From Paramecium tetraurelia (taxonomy: Eukaryota), in NCBI GenBank assembly GCA_000165425.1, contig CT868552.1:248001-312000 (forward strand): a DNA stretch of 64,000 nt, written 5' to 3'. Both the position numbers and the translations under genes were made by a program. This document shows positions 1 through 12,394 of this stretch, piece after piece (the stretch's first letter is position 1; each line of letters opens with the position of its first letter). Under the pieces are notes generated by a model, which ran no database searches, had not been told where the DNA came from, and saw only the letters and a program-made list of their open reading frames with translations.

Positions 1-310
1 GGATGGAATAATAATTTATATATAATTAGTTAAAAATTTATCATTTCCTTTCCAGTCGAATTGAGATGAAAATATTATCTAAGAATTATATTAATATCCC
101 AAACCATTTATAAATATAAATTTTGTTTGAATTCATTTAATAATTAATGATAGATATGGAAATAATACACGCTTTTTAATGCTTGATCTCATTTCAGCAA
201 TAAGATCATCACTAACACAAAGCACATTTACAATATACTACCAATAAAATAAATCTAATTTTGAATACTCAGTGTTTTGAAATAGAAATATCCTATAAAT
301 TAAAATTAAA

Positions 311-1664
311 ATGGAAATGCTAAGAGAGCAAATTAACTTCAATTCATTTTCAATAATTCACAATTTAGGCTGAAAATGAAGATCTCCTTAAACTCAAGAA
401 GCATTTAGATTGTTCAACCACATATATCGGAATAAGAGAAATTTATGATAATGTTATATTAATTTAATAAGCAGACTTTGCTAAAGTAATTGGTAAATTA
501 CATATTTTAGATATGCTCGCTTAAAAACAAATTGGATGGGAAAAAGTATTTTTGTAAGTGTTATAAAAAAGCAGAAGTTGAGAAGTATAAAATATACGAG
601 CAATTGGTTATTCAGCGTAAATTAGGTGATTTCAAGAATGTTGCTCAAATAATAGATTTCTATGAATCATCTAATTCCTATTATTTTATTTACGAATAGA
701 TGAAGAGGATCCATTATCATAGTTTGAGTCATGAAGATATATAATCGATGATGTTTGTATATTCAATTTTATATTAGGATATATTATGTTGTGTTAAAAT
801 GTTGATAGTGAATCATGTCTTCCATGCCCAAATAAATTTAACTAATATTGTAATGGATAAGGATATGAATTGTAAATTGGTGGGTTTTGAACACGCAGAA
901 TTATTAAACGAAGAGAGTGCTCTATAAAACTCATTGATGTTGACAATGGTAGGACATTTGATGGTCAAATTGTATTAATTAATCACTTAATTAGATATCA
1001 ATACAATTCCATTAACAAAGAGTAGATATCCATTCCTGATTATGGTAATTCCCTTGTGTAAGGATTGTTGCAGACTGATTTGGATCAATAAATCAATATT
1101 GAACAAGCCTTGAGTCATGAATACTTTGAATATTTCGATTACAATTCTAGTCCCATGATGCAAAAGTAGATTGTACCAAAATTGAAGTCATTCATCACCT
1201 AATAGTCTCTTTCATCGCCCATAGAGACCAACATCTGATTTTTATATTTTACTTTTATAATTTAATCTTACTCAAAATGGAATTGAATAATAAGATTTAC
1301 CCAACTGTTTCTAACCCAGATCTTATGATGGTTCTTTAACACTTGATTACCTCCTTAACAAAGAAGAAGGAATGGAGAATATGTACCTACCATTCTTGTA
1401 TAACCAAACAGAAGTTCGAATTGAAAATAAGATAGGATACTGCTAGATCTAGAAATAAGAGTGGCGATAAATAACAATAAGATTTTAATCAATATCCAAA
1501 TAAATAGAATGACTAAAATTAATAGATTTATAGATAAAATGATTAAAATTAATATGGGTTCAAATTAAACGATTCAAATCAATATCAACAACCAAATATG
1601 TCAAAAATACCTCCTAATTAATAATTTGGAAATTATTCCTAACTCTTATATTGACCAATCTAAT
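311..1664 (+). CDS. Protein kinase-like protein (probable pseudokinase) with Q/N-rich tail
   Basis: Spliced translation gives YFCKCY (VAIK position), NVAQIIDFYE, HAQINLTN in place of HRDLKPEN, KLVGFE in place of DFG, and INIEQALSHEYF. TGA at 1662-1664. Confidence 0.7.
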
Positions 1665-1699
1665 CCTGTGTACTCAAAACCTCAATTATATATAACTGT

Positions 1700-2373
1700 G
1701 GTTAAGGGATATTTAACTACCTTACTACAATTATTTATATGTTATATTTTAAATATTTATAAGTAAAATCATAATGCTCAAATAAATTAGTGTAGCAAAA
1801 AGAGTAAAGAGGATAGTTGTTATGAACTATATTTAAACAATGTCTAATTTTATTTTTATTCTGAAGTCGAATAGATATGTTTCTTTGAATTTCTTATTCT
1901 AATTGAGTAATTTTTGTATGCATCTTCACAAGCTTAGTAATTTTACTCTATATCTTGAGATTTGAAATGGTAAGTTAAGTATGCATTGTCTCTTGATAAA
2001 ATATCTTACTCAAATCTTCAGTTTATTCAAGAAAAATGAATGTAGTAGGTGATGCTACCATATTCTCATATAATTTTAAATCATCATAGATAATTTAATT
2101 ACCTGTAACATCTTTCATCTAATTTTTGGTGGAATCAAATATAAAACAATTATCTTGCATATTGTCTTGGAAATATCAAATCCAAATTATGGTTAAGATA
2201 AAGTTTCAACTCCTCATTAAAAGATTATTTCTAAAAATCTTTATATTTCCAAGTTCTGTGGTATCATCTGCAAAGTGTTCATGATTCCAATTAAATATAG
2301 AAATCTTCGAAAAATATTCAAGTGAGTCTGTCCATATGTATATAATAGGTAGAATTAAAATTAAACGTTTCAT
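1700..2373 (-). pseudogene. Possible degraded or hypothetical gene
   Basis: A long TGA-free minus-strand frame covers about 1700-2115, but I could not build a clean ATG-to-TGA model. Boundaries are approximate. Confidence 0.2.
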
Positions 2374-2392
2374 AATTTCAACATTTTATAAT

Positions 2393-3166
2393 TCATTTCA
2401 TTTTCAATAAATTTCTTATTGTTTCTGAATTGATTGAATTATTTTATCCACTCTTATTTATACTATTATTAATTTTTGTCTAACTTCTGTTTTGTTGTAT
2501 ATTACATATTTCAGCTAAAGTTTATCGGCCTTTCATCATATATTAACTAATTTAGATGTTATTTGATCGTTGATTAATACAGGCCTACTATTGTTACAAC
2601 AGCTTATTGTATCTCTTAAAAAGTTCGTCACATGAGCTTCTGTGAGAAGTGTAACCTCCATGTTGAGAGAAGGAGGATAGCTTTTTTGGAGAACCCTATT
2701 TCTAAGAGGTAGACCCATCATTACTCTAATCCTTTTTCATTGATTCTGATTAACAACTATCATACTCTACTCAATACTTAGACTTCTTTAATTTATAGAG
2801 ACCCTCTGATAATCTCTTGATTTCTTGATTAGCCTCCTCTAACTTTGATTGTAATCCATCCTAATACAATTTCATCTATTATTCTAACTAAAATTAAAAA
2901 TGCCTCCATACACTTATGTGATTTCGAATGTCTGCTTCCTATTGTTGCAATACAGATTCCAATTTCTTGTATTCGAGATTGCTGTTCCTTAGTTATCGAG
3001 ACAACTTGGTAATTCGCTGTATCAGATCCAGACAATTCCAGTTCTCGATGCCATTGATCTTCTCATTACAAAATATCATCATCTGATTTAATATGTTTAA
3101 CTCTTATACTTCTTCTAAAAGATTGCGCAATCCTTATTCAACTTCCTATTTCTCGTGCCTGTTCAT
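2393..3166 (-). CDS. Hypothetical coiled-coil protein
   Basis: MNRHEKQEVEQ...YKKLESVLQQQEADIRNHIS|intron|LEQQMKLY...; ends LKMK-TGA. Confidence 0.75.
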
Positions 3167-3205
3167 TTAACGAAATTAATTAAACTAAATCTCAATTTTT
3201 TTAAA

Positions 3206-5013
3206 ATGGAAGAAGAAGACTGCACTATTTTTATTGAAGAACTCAAAAGTGATGATCCCACTCTCAAACTCAATGCCGTAGACAAAATTGTAACCATAGC
3301 ACAAATCCTTGGACCTGCAAGGACATGCCAAGAACTCATCCCTTACCTAATAGATATCATTGAAGAATAGGATAACGAAGATGAATTCCTCATTAAATTA
3401 GCTAAAGAATTAGTCAATCTCAAACCTTACACTGGTGCCAATATTCATTTGTTAAATGCGCCTTTAGAAATACTAAGTTCTATGGAAGAGCCTTTAGTCA
3501 GAGATAAAGCGGTAGAATCTTTAATCTTGCTTGCTGAAGGAATGCCAAACAGTAAACTCAATTGATTCTATTTTACTAGGTTTTTTTGAAAGTCACTTTT
3601 TTTAAATTGTCCAATAATTAGGTCAATGGGACAACTTTCCTTCCAGAATATCAGCAGCCAGTCTTCTACCTCTCACTTACAAACATGTTTCATTAGAAAA
3701 ATAGACTACTCTTTGGGATTTATTCAAATAACTATGTGGAGATGACACTCCAATGGTTAGAAGAGTTTGTGCAGGAGTTTTGCCTGATCTTGCCAAAATG
3801 AAATGCTAACCATAACAATTATTATCATTATGGGAAGCATTGCTCAAAGATCCCATCGATAGTGTTAAAATTAAAGCAATTGAAGGATCCCAATATATGC
3901 TCAAATTGATTGATGAAGAACATGAATTAGAAACATAGATTCAAGGATACTTTGCTCTTGCTGATCCCAAAGAAAAAAGTTGGCGTGTTAGATATACTGT
4001 TCCTGAGTGTTTTGAAAGCATAATTGACATAATAGTTAAACTAAGTAAGAAGTTATTTTTAAAATTTAAGATAAAAATAAAAGTATTTTAAAAAATCAAG
4101 CAGTTCCTGTGTTTTAATAATTACTTAAAGATACTGAACCTGAAGTAAGATCTATGGCACTAATAGCTATCTATCATTTATTAAAAGAGCTACCTGCTTC
4201 GAACAAAGATTCATTTTTACCATTATTCTTAGCTCTTTCTACAGATACTTCATAACATGTTAGGATGTCTTTGGCAGAACAAATTTGCAAGATATCCAAA
4301 TAATATCAGGTTTAAATCGTGTTGCAAAACTTCATACCCTTAATTACAACTTTGATTAAGGATGATGTTGTAGAAATCAAAATCATGCTCGCTCACAATT
4401 TGGATTAGTTATCATAAGCAATTGGACAGGAAAACTCAAAAAAACACTTAGTTCCATTGATATAGACATTTGCATCAGAGAAACAATGGAGATACAGATT
4501 AGAAATGATGTCTATCATACCCAAACTTCTCAAGGTGGCAGGCTATGACAGTTTCTTAGAGTTATAGGAAGTTTACCTCGAAAAGGGTGTTTTGAATCAC
4601 TATTAAGCAATTAGAGATTAGGCTATAGAAAATCTAGTCTAATTGAGCGAAGTCTTTGGTTATGATAAGATCAGGGATTTCATTTTAAAATGCATCAATA
4701 TACAATTCGAGCATTAGAATTACATCTATAGAGTGTCAGCTATGCATAGTATTGCAAAGTTAAAGAATACATTATCAAAGGATGATCTAGTAAATTAATT
4801 TAAAGTATAGAATATATACTATTAATTACAAAGGAAGTAACCCAGAAGTCTTTGAATGATAAGGTTCCTAACGTTAGATTGAATATTTTCAAGTTGTTCA
4901 CAGCAATCCAAAATAAATTAGACAACAAGACTCAAAATGAGTTCAAAAATAAAGCTAGAACTTTATAATAAGATCAGGATATAGATGTGAAATATTTTGC
5001 ATAAAAAATTTGA
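3206..5013 (+). CDS. PPP2R1A: Protein phosphatase 2A scaffold (A/PR65) subunit, HEAT repeats
   Basis: IEELKSDDPTLKLNAV..IAQILGPARTCQELIPYL, DDTPMVRR, SWRVRY, DKVPNVRLN and C-terminal DQDIDVKYFA; three tiny introns. Confidence 0.93.
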
Positions 5014-5062
5014 TTGATTTCTATATATATATGTTTCAATAACATAAATTTTGATATATAGA

Positions 5063-6253
5063 TCATTTCTATTAAATTTCAGTTTTTGATTCGCTTTCAA
5101 ATGTGTATTAAAATGCAATAGGATTTGTAGCAGTAGATATTTTTTTCATGTACCCTAAAGTAGTATTTTAAAGAAAGTTATCTCCTTTTTGCCCAACAAA
5201 TGAAGTTGATTTTCTATAGTTTCTATCTGTGCTTTGACACACTCTCAAGACTTAGGAAGCTGATTTTTCAATTTTCTATCTTTTGGTTCTACTTGTTAAA
5301 TAAATTTTGACATTCTGAAAATACAGTTGTAATTCATCCTACTCTTTTTTTGTGGGAACATACCATCTACAATATGGGATGAGATTACTTAGGTTGGGAA
5401 ATGTTGCAATTTTTGAAATTGTTACTGATGGATCCAAATTGTCTCACAGAGGCTGTCAATTTGTTATATTCGTTAAATAGTTCATAGACTTGCAATGCTT
5501 ATTTCTGATCGAGTTAAGTATAGCACTCCATAAATTGTCGTATGAACCTACAATACTTAAAAAGAGAATTCATAAACCGTACCTTTCAAGCATCAAATAC
5601 ATGGCTATTAGATCGTTCCAGATTAGTAAGTAAATTTCCATGACCACTGTTCGGTTATGCAGTTTAGAGATACTGAGGAATAGCTGAAGATAGGAGATAT
5701 TCATACATCATATTAAGCTAGAATGAAGTTTAGACAATTGATAGCTTTGTAGAATTGAATGACTGATGTATCTATATCTTTGAAGAAGGCTTCAATGCTG
5801 ACTTTTAGTTTGCTTCTATTAGATATTTCTTAGATGCTGGAGAGTTTATGTATTATCATCGTTTGAATGCCGATGAACTTATTAAGGATGTCTTCTTTAT
5901 TGGTAGATGCCCAACCATTAAAGTAATTTAATTACTATACAAATAATCTACCATGTTTGACATCTCCCATAAGCACATGCATGGTGAGTAGAACTTTTAG
6001 CTTTTTATGATTGTCTAATGTTTGGGGGATGAGTCTTAGGAATTCACGACACACCTAAACGATAGTCATACTTTAAACTAGTTAATCAATTTCAGACAGA
6101 CAAGGAAATCCTATATACTAATCAAACAAATCTACCTTGCAACATTTACTTGACATCTTCCAGATCCACTGTCTCTTGATTATCGAATATGGAGGATTCG
6201 AATAGCTTTCTCTCAAATCTGCATTGTTTCTTAAAGAAGTTTTTTATAAACAT
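5063..6253 (-). CDS. Hypothetical protein, possible ANTH/ENTH-like N-terminal helical domain
   Basis: Spliced ORF MFIKNFFKKQ...KLKVLLTMHVLM, resembling the ANTH 'KALIxxHxL' motif; ends EIQQK-TGA. Confidence 0.65.
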
Positions 6254-6286
6254 TTTTAATATTTATTTATATAATTATTTATTGTA

Positions 6287-7730
6287 ATGAGCGAATAAAG
6301 AACTGTTACAGAAACCAGTTAAGATGAGGAAGAGTAGAATAAAAAGAAATTTATCTATTAAACAGAAAAACTCAAACTACTTTTGTAAGTCCCGATTGAG
6401 TAAAGAACTCAACCGATTTGCAAGGATATTGCTGAGATTGCCCAAGTAAACCTCCTAAAATTTATATCTACTTTAGTAAATTAAATTCCTCTCCCAATAC
6501 AAAAAAAAACCAGACTTCTTGGAATTATGTAAAAATCTCTATCTCAAAACATATGAAAAAAGATAATATATCTTTAAGTAAGGCGATTAAGGGGATGCAT
6601 TCTATGTAATCTTGAATGGAAGTGTCAAAGTGTACATAGATGAACCAACAGAATTTAAGAATTTCATGCAACTTGTAAGAATAGATTATTTTATTTAGAA
6701 AGAAATAGCTCAATTGGGTAAAGGTGATGCATTTGGAGAAATATCTCTGCTCTATAATTCCAAGAGAACCGCTACAGTCATAGCAAACGAGAGAAGCGAC
6801 TTAATAGTATTAGAAAAGGATGCCTTCTCAGAATACATGAAAACTATAGACAATACCAACGAGATGAAAACAGTTGCACTCAACAGATTACTTTAATTTT
6901 TAGAATCTCTTCCTGTGTTCCAAATGTTTAACAAAGACTTACTTGTACAACTTTGCACAAAATGTTAAATACAAATGTATCCTTCCTAATAAATACTATT
7001 GAAATAGGGAGTCGAACCAACACACATGTATATAATCAAAAGTGGAAGGGTAAAAGCAATCAAAAGGATTAAATGGAGTTTGGATGATTATCCATCTTCA
7101 TTAATTAGAGGCTAGACTACAAGCAGCACTGACTTATTTAATCAGGATGTCTACTTCGAAATTGATGAATTGGGAGATGGTGAGATCTTTGGTGATTTCG
7201 CTTTGCTAAATGAAGAAGAGTCATAATGTTCTTATATTACATCAATTCCTTCTGAGATTGTTTCAATTAGCTCCTTTAATTTAAAGATGATTGTGCCTTC
7301 GGATCGATTGGAGGCATATCAAAAATAAATTAAATAATATCCTGAAGATGATGATCTCAAATTATTGTATGAAGAGAAGAGAAATTGGAATTAATATAAG
7401 AGAAAACTAATCAAAAATATTTACGTTGATAAACAAAATAAAAAGGGATTTGACAATCGATTGAGACTCCCAGAATTAAAAGGCAAGTCTGCCTTGCCTC
7501 CTATCAATATCATTGACATAAAAACAAGTGACAATAGAACATACTTCAAGTATTTGGAATCCAAAATATCTCCTATGGCTGAATGTAAAAAAAAAGTTTA
7601 ATCCTTAACGCAGGTTGGATTGAGCATGCAAGGGTTGGTGAGACAATTAGAATAAAGCACAAGTCAATTAAGCATAGCGAATTCCTTTTAGAGAAAATTA
7701 AAAAAACTCAACATCAACAGATCTTAATGA
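6287..7730 (+). CDS. Protein with two cyclic-nucleotide-binding domains
   Basis: CNB1: IFKQGDQGDAFYVILNGSVKV...FGEISLLYNSKRTATV. CNB2: LLKQGVEPTHMYIIKSGRV...FGDFALL. Confidence 0.88.
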
Positions 7731-7736
7731 AATTAA

Positions 7737-10455
7737 TCAATGTTATAAATCATAAAATGAAAAAGAACTTCCTGGTTGTGTTGAATTTATTCTCCTATGG
7801 TTTTATTCTTTTGGCTAAGCTATTTTACGAACAAAATCCTTAGTTCTTTGAGAATAGATTTTGTTCTGCGATTGCACATTCTCTTAATCAAGATGCGAGG
7901 ATTGCTATTACTAGGCCTTCTTCTTAGGCTATTGAGTACTATTAATAGTGATTAAAATCTTACCATCTTTATGAATGATATTGATACAAAGACTCATTCT
8001 CTATCAGAAAAGATTGGTTAGCAGTATGAGCAGTGATTGGAGATAATGATTATCCCTTGTGCCCATTTGGAGAGTGAATCTTCATTTGATGTACATCCCA
8101 CAAAACCGATTATTCTAATTCCTCTTGGCTTCTCCTAGTCTACTCTCTAGTATGAAAACTCCTCTTAGTATTCTTTAATACTGGACTAGTAGGTATGGTT
8201 TATGCAGGTTGAGTGTATGAAAATGCAATCTCTCTAAATGCCTTGTCCAATTATGATCTCTCAATCTTACAAATTGCCTATTCCAATAAATATAATCCTG
8301 TTTGCACTCTCTACTCAAGATGTCTTCCATTTGTGTTTCTGCTCCTCCACAATTTAAAGAATGTCTCCTTCAATGATAACTAGTTCTCTCTCTTAGATAA
8401 GGTGTTTTCCAACATGGCACTACTTAAACACTTAGATTTCAATGCATTTTATATTTGCATATTCTGCAATTCTAATTCATATTAATAAATTAATCTTTAT
8501 TATTGATCTTACTCCTATTAAGAACAAGCCAATTCATTTCTTAACTAATCAACAAATACACTTTGATTGATCCTCCACCTATTGAAAAATTTAGACTTCA
8601 TTTTCTATTAATGTTATTCTGCTCTCATCCTTATAAATTTAAAAAACTCCAAATATTTCTATCTTAAACTATTGATACCATTAGTTAAAATTAGTGCTAT
8701 CTTACTCAAATATTGAGTTTACATATTTGATGAGGTTATTAAGAATATTTCATCATTCACCTTCCAAATGTGTCGATTCTCGAATTCGATATTCAAATTA
8801 TTAGTTAATTCTGTATTTAAATTTAGTGTTAGTTAATAAAGAGTGTTGAATTAAGAGATGTCATCAATGTCCTCAAAATACTCTTGTATCAAGCCATATT
8901 CAGGTAAATAGGAAGTCAATGACAATATCTCAATATTGAGAATGGACACTGCTAACTTTTCACCCATCAATTAAGTTACCTATTGTAAATACATCTCAAT
9001 AGAATTCTCTGATTATAATGCCTGTAACATGATAATCAGATCGTCATTCCCAATCAATTACCTAATAGCATTACACTTCACTCTATTTTAGTACTTTTGC
9101 AATACCATAAACAATTATATTGCGTGATTCCTTTGATTCTTTTTTACTTGTCTGGCTGCCTAAAGAATCAACTTACACAGATTATTATTGACACTCTATG
9201 ATTTTTTCGTAGAATTGTAGTATTATTTCAACCTTCTAAATCCAACTTATTGAATCAGCCTTTTTAAATTCCTCAATTAATTCATAAACTATTTCATTCT
9301 CTAAAGAACCATCGACCTTTTCATCCTCTGCTATAATAATACAATCTTATTGAGCTTATTCATACCCAATTCTAATTTGCATTATTGATTACTGACACTT
9401 AATCCAATGTATTGTTAAATCTATCTACAATACGAAGATTGGTAATTCAAAGCGTAGATTACTTTCCTGTTAAAATGGGTTACCGGAACAAGAGTATATT
9501 AATCATCAAGACTATAAATCTACTGTTAAATCAAGGACTATTTAATTTATCTATAATCCACCTTCACATTCGATTATTAATTCTTTAGTGCACATGACTA
9601 CTATTTTGAGATGTTGAAGCTGTTTATCGACTCTCCTGTAACAATTTAATCATTCATACAATATTCATAATACCCACTCTCATTGTTCTTTATTTAGGAA
9701 TAAAATTAAAGGGGATTTTGATATTGCAATTCAAACACATTCTTATAATTTATTGATTGCTCAATGGATTTGGGTATTTACTAATGATATGGCAATTGCT
9801 TAATAAAATTAGAAGATTGTGTCTACAAGTAACTTCGCTTTGAATTTTATTGAGTTGGAGTTTATTATTCTAAAGTGGGAATTACAAATTCTTTGACTAA
9901 CTGTTCAACCAATTAATACATTTGTTCTGGTTCATTGCTCTGTTTAATGGACTCTTAATCAATTGAATCAAACAATGTAACCAATCTTTGCTTTTCTTAC
10001 TCTTTAGTGTTGGAATTTTCAATCAATGAATTTAATTATGCAAATATGGGTTTGAATGTTTAATAGTAATTGAATTAAGGTGTTTCCTCCTTTTATTTTC
10101 TTACATCTTCCTTTACTTTTTGTTAGGGAATTGATATCGAAAGTTTGAGATCCTATTGTCTCTATTATTTTTCAATCTCATCACGCTTTTTTTAAATGAG
10201 AGTCTTCAATTAGCCAAATTCATTTTGCATTCTTGAACTCACCTTTTCTGTTTCCTGCATTGATTTCTCAAAAGATCGATTATGTATGGATTTATCACAA
10301 TCATTTGAACTAGTATGAAATGAATGATTGCGTTTTGGACATATTTCTCTGGGTCTAAGCATTTCAATCTCTCTTTTCTTATTCATTAGATCCCAATCAT
10401 AATTAAATGAGGAATTAAAATTATGCTTTGGAGGTAATTGAGTATTATGTCTCAT
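7737..10455 (-). CDS. Large hypothetical coiled-coil protein with a few Sfi1-like (F-x-x-W-R) motifs
   Basis: Starts MRHNTQLPPK. Sampled segments are open in code 6 and include KSKFFNRWRI and KETFFKLWRS. A 23-nt intron near the 3' end restores the frame to the TGA at 7737-7739. Confidence 0.7.
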
Positions 10456-10891
10456 TTGAATTTAAATTATTATTAGTAACAAATAAATAATCATTCCTTG
10501 ATAGAACAAAATCAATTCTCGAAACTAAAATGGTTTATAAAAACAACACCTACTATGCACTATGAAATTAATGGATATTGAATTCTTTAGTAAATGTAGC
10601 AAATTTTTATTAAGTAAAAATAAATTTGGTTTATATATTATTAAGTTTACCTATCTTTAATATTCTTAAATTATATTGTAGTTGGATTATTGAGACAATA
10701 AATGAGTGATTAAATTTAAAGGTAAAATTCTATGGATAATAAAGAGTATATAAATTAACTTATTCAATCTATAAATTCATAAATATAGGAGATATATATC
10801 TATAAGATAACTCAACTATCTAAAATGAATTAATATGTAACTAAAGCTCTTATAATTTTGTTTTATAGATGTTTATATATATATAATATTG

Positions 10892-12358
10892 TCAGTTTTT
10901 ATAGATTCTAATGATATCCTATATTTTAGTTCTGCAGATAGGGCAATCCTTTAGGTTTTTACTGCATTTCAAACAGGCAGTGTTATGTTTACAAGGCATA
11001 TACAATGCATCACGATCATTTTCAATGCATATTATACAACTATTTTCGTGACTTCTATCAGCAACCAATTATGTAGTTCTTTTACATAAATAAGTAGATG
11101 TAGTTCCAATTTTAAAAACTGTTTAGTTTTATAATGGATATAACTATGAAGGTTAACCTTCTCTTGATAATCTTAGCCAAGATCTAAAATTTGAGATAGA
11201 AAATACCCATTCGTAGATCCCATATCTTCCAAGTAAACTCTGCCATCAATCAAACAAATTTTAGCATGAATATTAGAGAGATGATGATCCTCACTAAAAG
11301 TAAGATCAGCAGTCTGTTTTCTGCCAACAGTTGTCACACTCTTTTAAGGTGTTAGATTAATCACATGCTTCTCAGGAGTATTTGGTCCTTCGATAATTGT
11401 CATTACAACCTAATATATAATTGTATAGTTACATCTATATTGGCACCATTTACATTCACTTATTATATTTCGAATTAATTGCTGCCTAATTCAACAACCA
11501 TTCCTATTTGCAATAGTTATTTAGTTTCGACTTTAATAAATGTTCCTGTTGTGGATCCAATGTCTTTGATATAAAACTAAGTTAGATATACATAAATACT
11601 TCTTCATTTTGAAATATCACTTCTGCATGAAATCTACTAATGCTCTCCTCCAATATTAATATTTAATTGCTTGAGTGTCTCCCAATTTTGCCTCCTGATT
11701 CTTTAATACAATAGAAATTGGTTTAAGGTCCTTCTGTTGGTTGGATGATCAATTCGTTTTATACTTTTGAAACTAGTTTTTCAAGGTCTTATTCAATTAC
11801 AATGCCGGTTTATTGTTTTTTTTAAAACTGAGCCTTGTTTTCACTAAAAGTTAAGTATTATTATTACATCTCACATAATGGTTGTTGAAATTGTTGCGAA
11901 AACATTTCATTATTCTTAAGATAATTAGTCATCATATCATGGGAGATGTTAATCTACCCATATTGAGGTTATGCAGATTCAGTATTTTCAAGAGTAGCAT
12001 TTTCCTATTCCATCTTTTCGTAACGTCTGTCTTCGAAACTAGTTGATTTTATATGTGATGCATATTCTTTCAATCCTGTTTTAAGCCCTTTTTTATTACT
12101 AAAAATAGTATACAATGCATTAGCTTTTTTCTAACTATCTTGTTTGTGATTCCTAGATCTTCAATCAAGTCATTTTCCTCAATCAACTCTAAGCATGATC
12201 CATCGATTGAATTTTTAGCTACAATATAAGTTCACAAATGTACTGAAAGTTGTCTGTAGTTATTGTAACCCAACAAAATTGAGCCACGACGATACATCCT
12301 CCAAAGACCATTTCTTCGGTTCTTTTGGAAGAATTGTGAAGAGGGTTTCATAATCCAT
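10892..12358 (-). CDS. SAM-FHA-FHA-RING finger protein (putative E3 ubiquitin ligase)
   Basis: SAM: WSLEDVSSWLNFVGL..NSIDGSCL..DLGI. FHA1: KIGRHSSN..ISRFHA..DIGSTTGTF. FHA2: VGRK..LSNIHA..DMGSTNG. RING: CIICIENDRDALYMPCKHNTACLKC..CPICR. Confidence 0.9.
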
Positions 12359-12394
12359 ATTTTAAATTTAAAAGCACTAACTGAAAATAATTAT

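Noticed and set aside
7757..8500. Long plus-strand frame starting MKKNFLVVLNLF
   Set aside because: It contains an in-frame TGA (~8035) and is the antisense shadow of the minus-strand gene 7737-10455.
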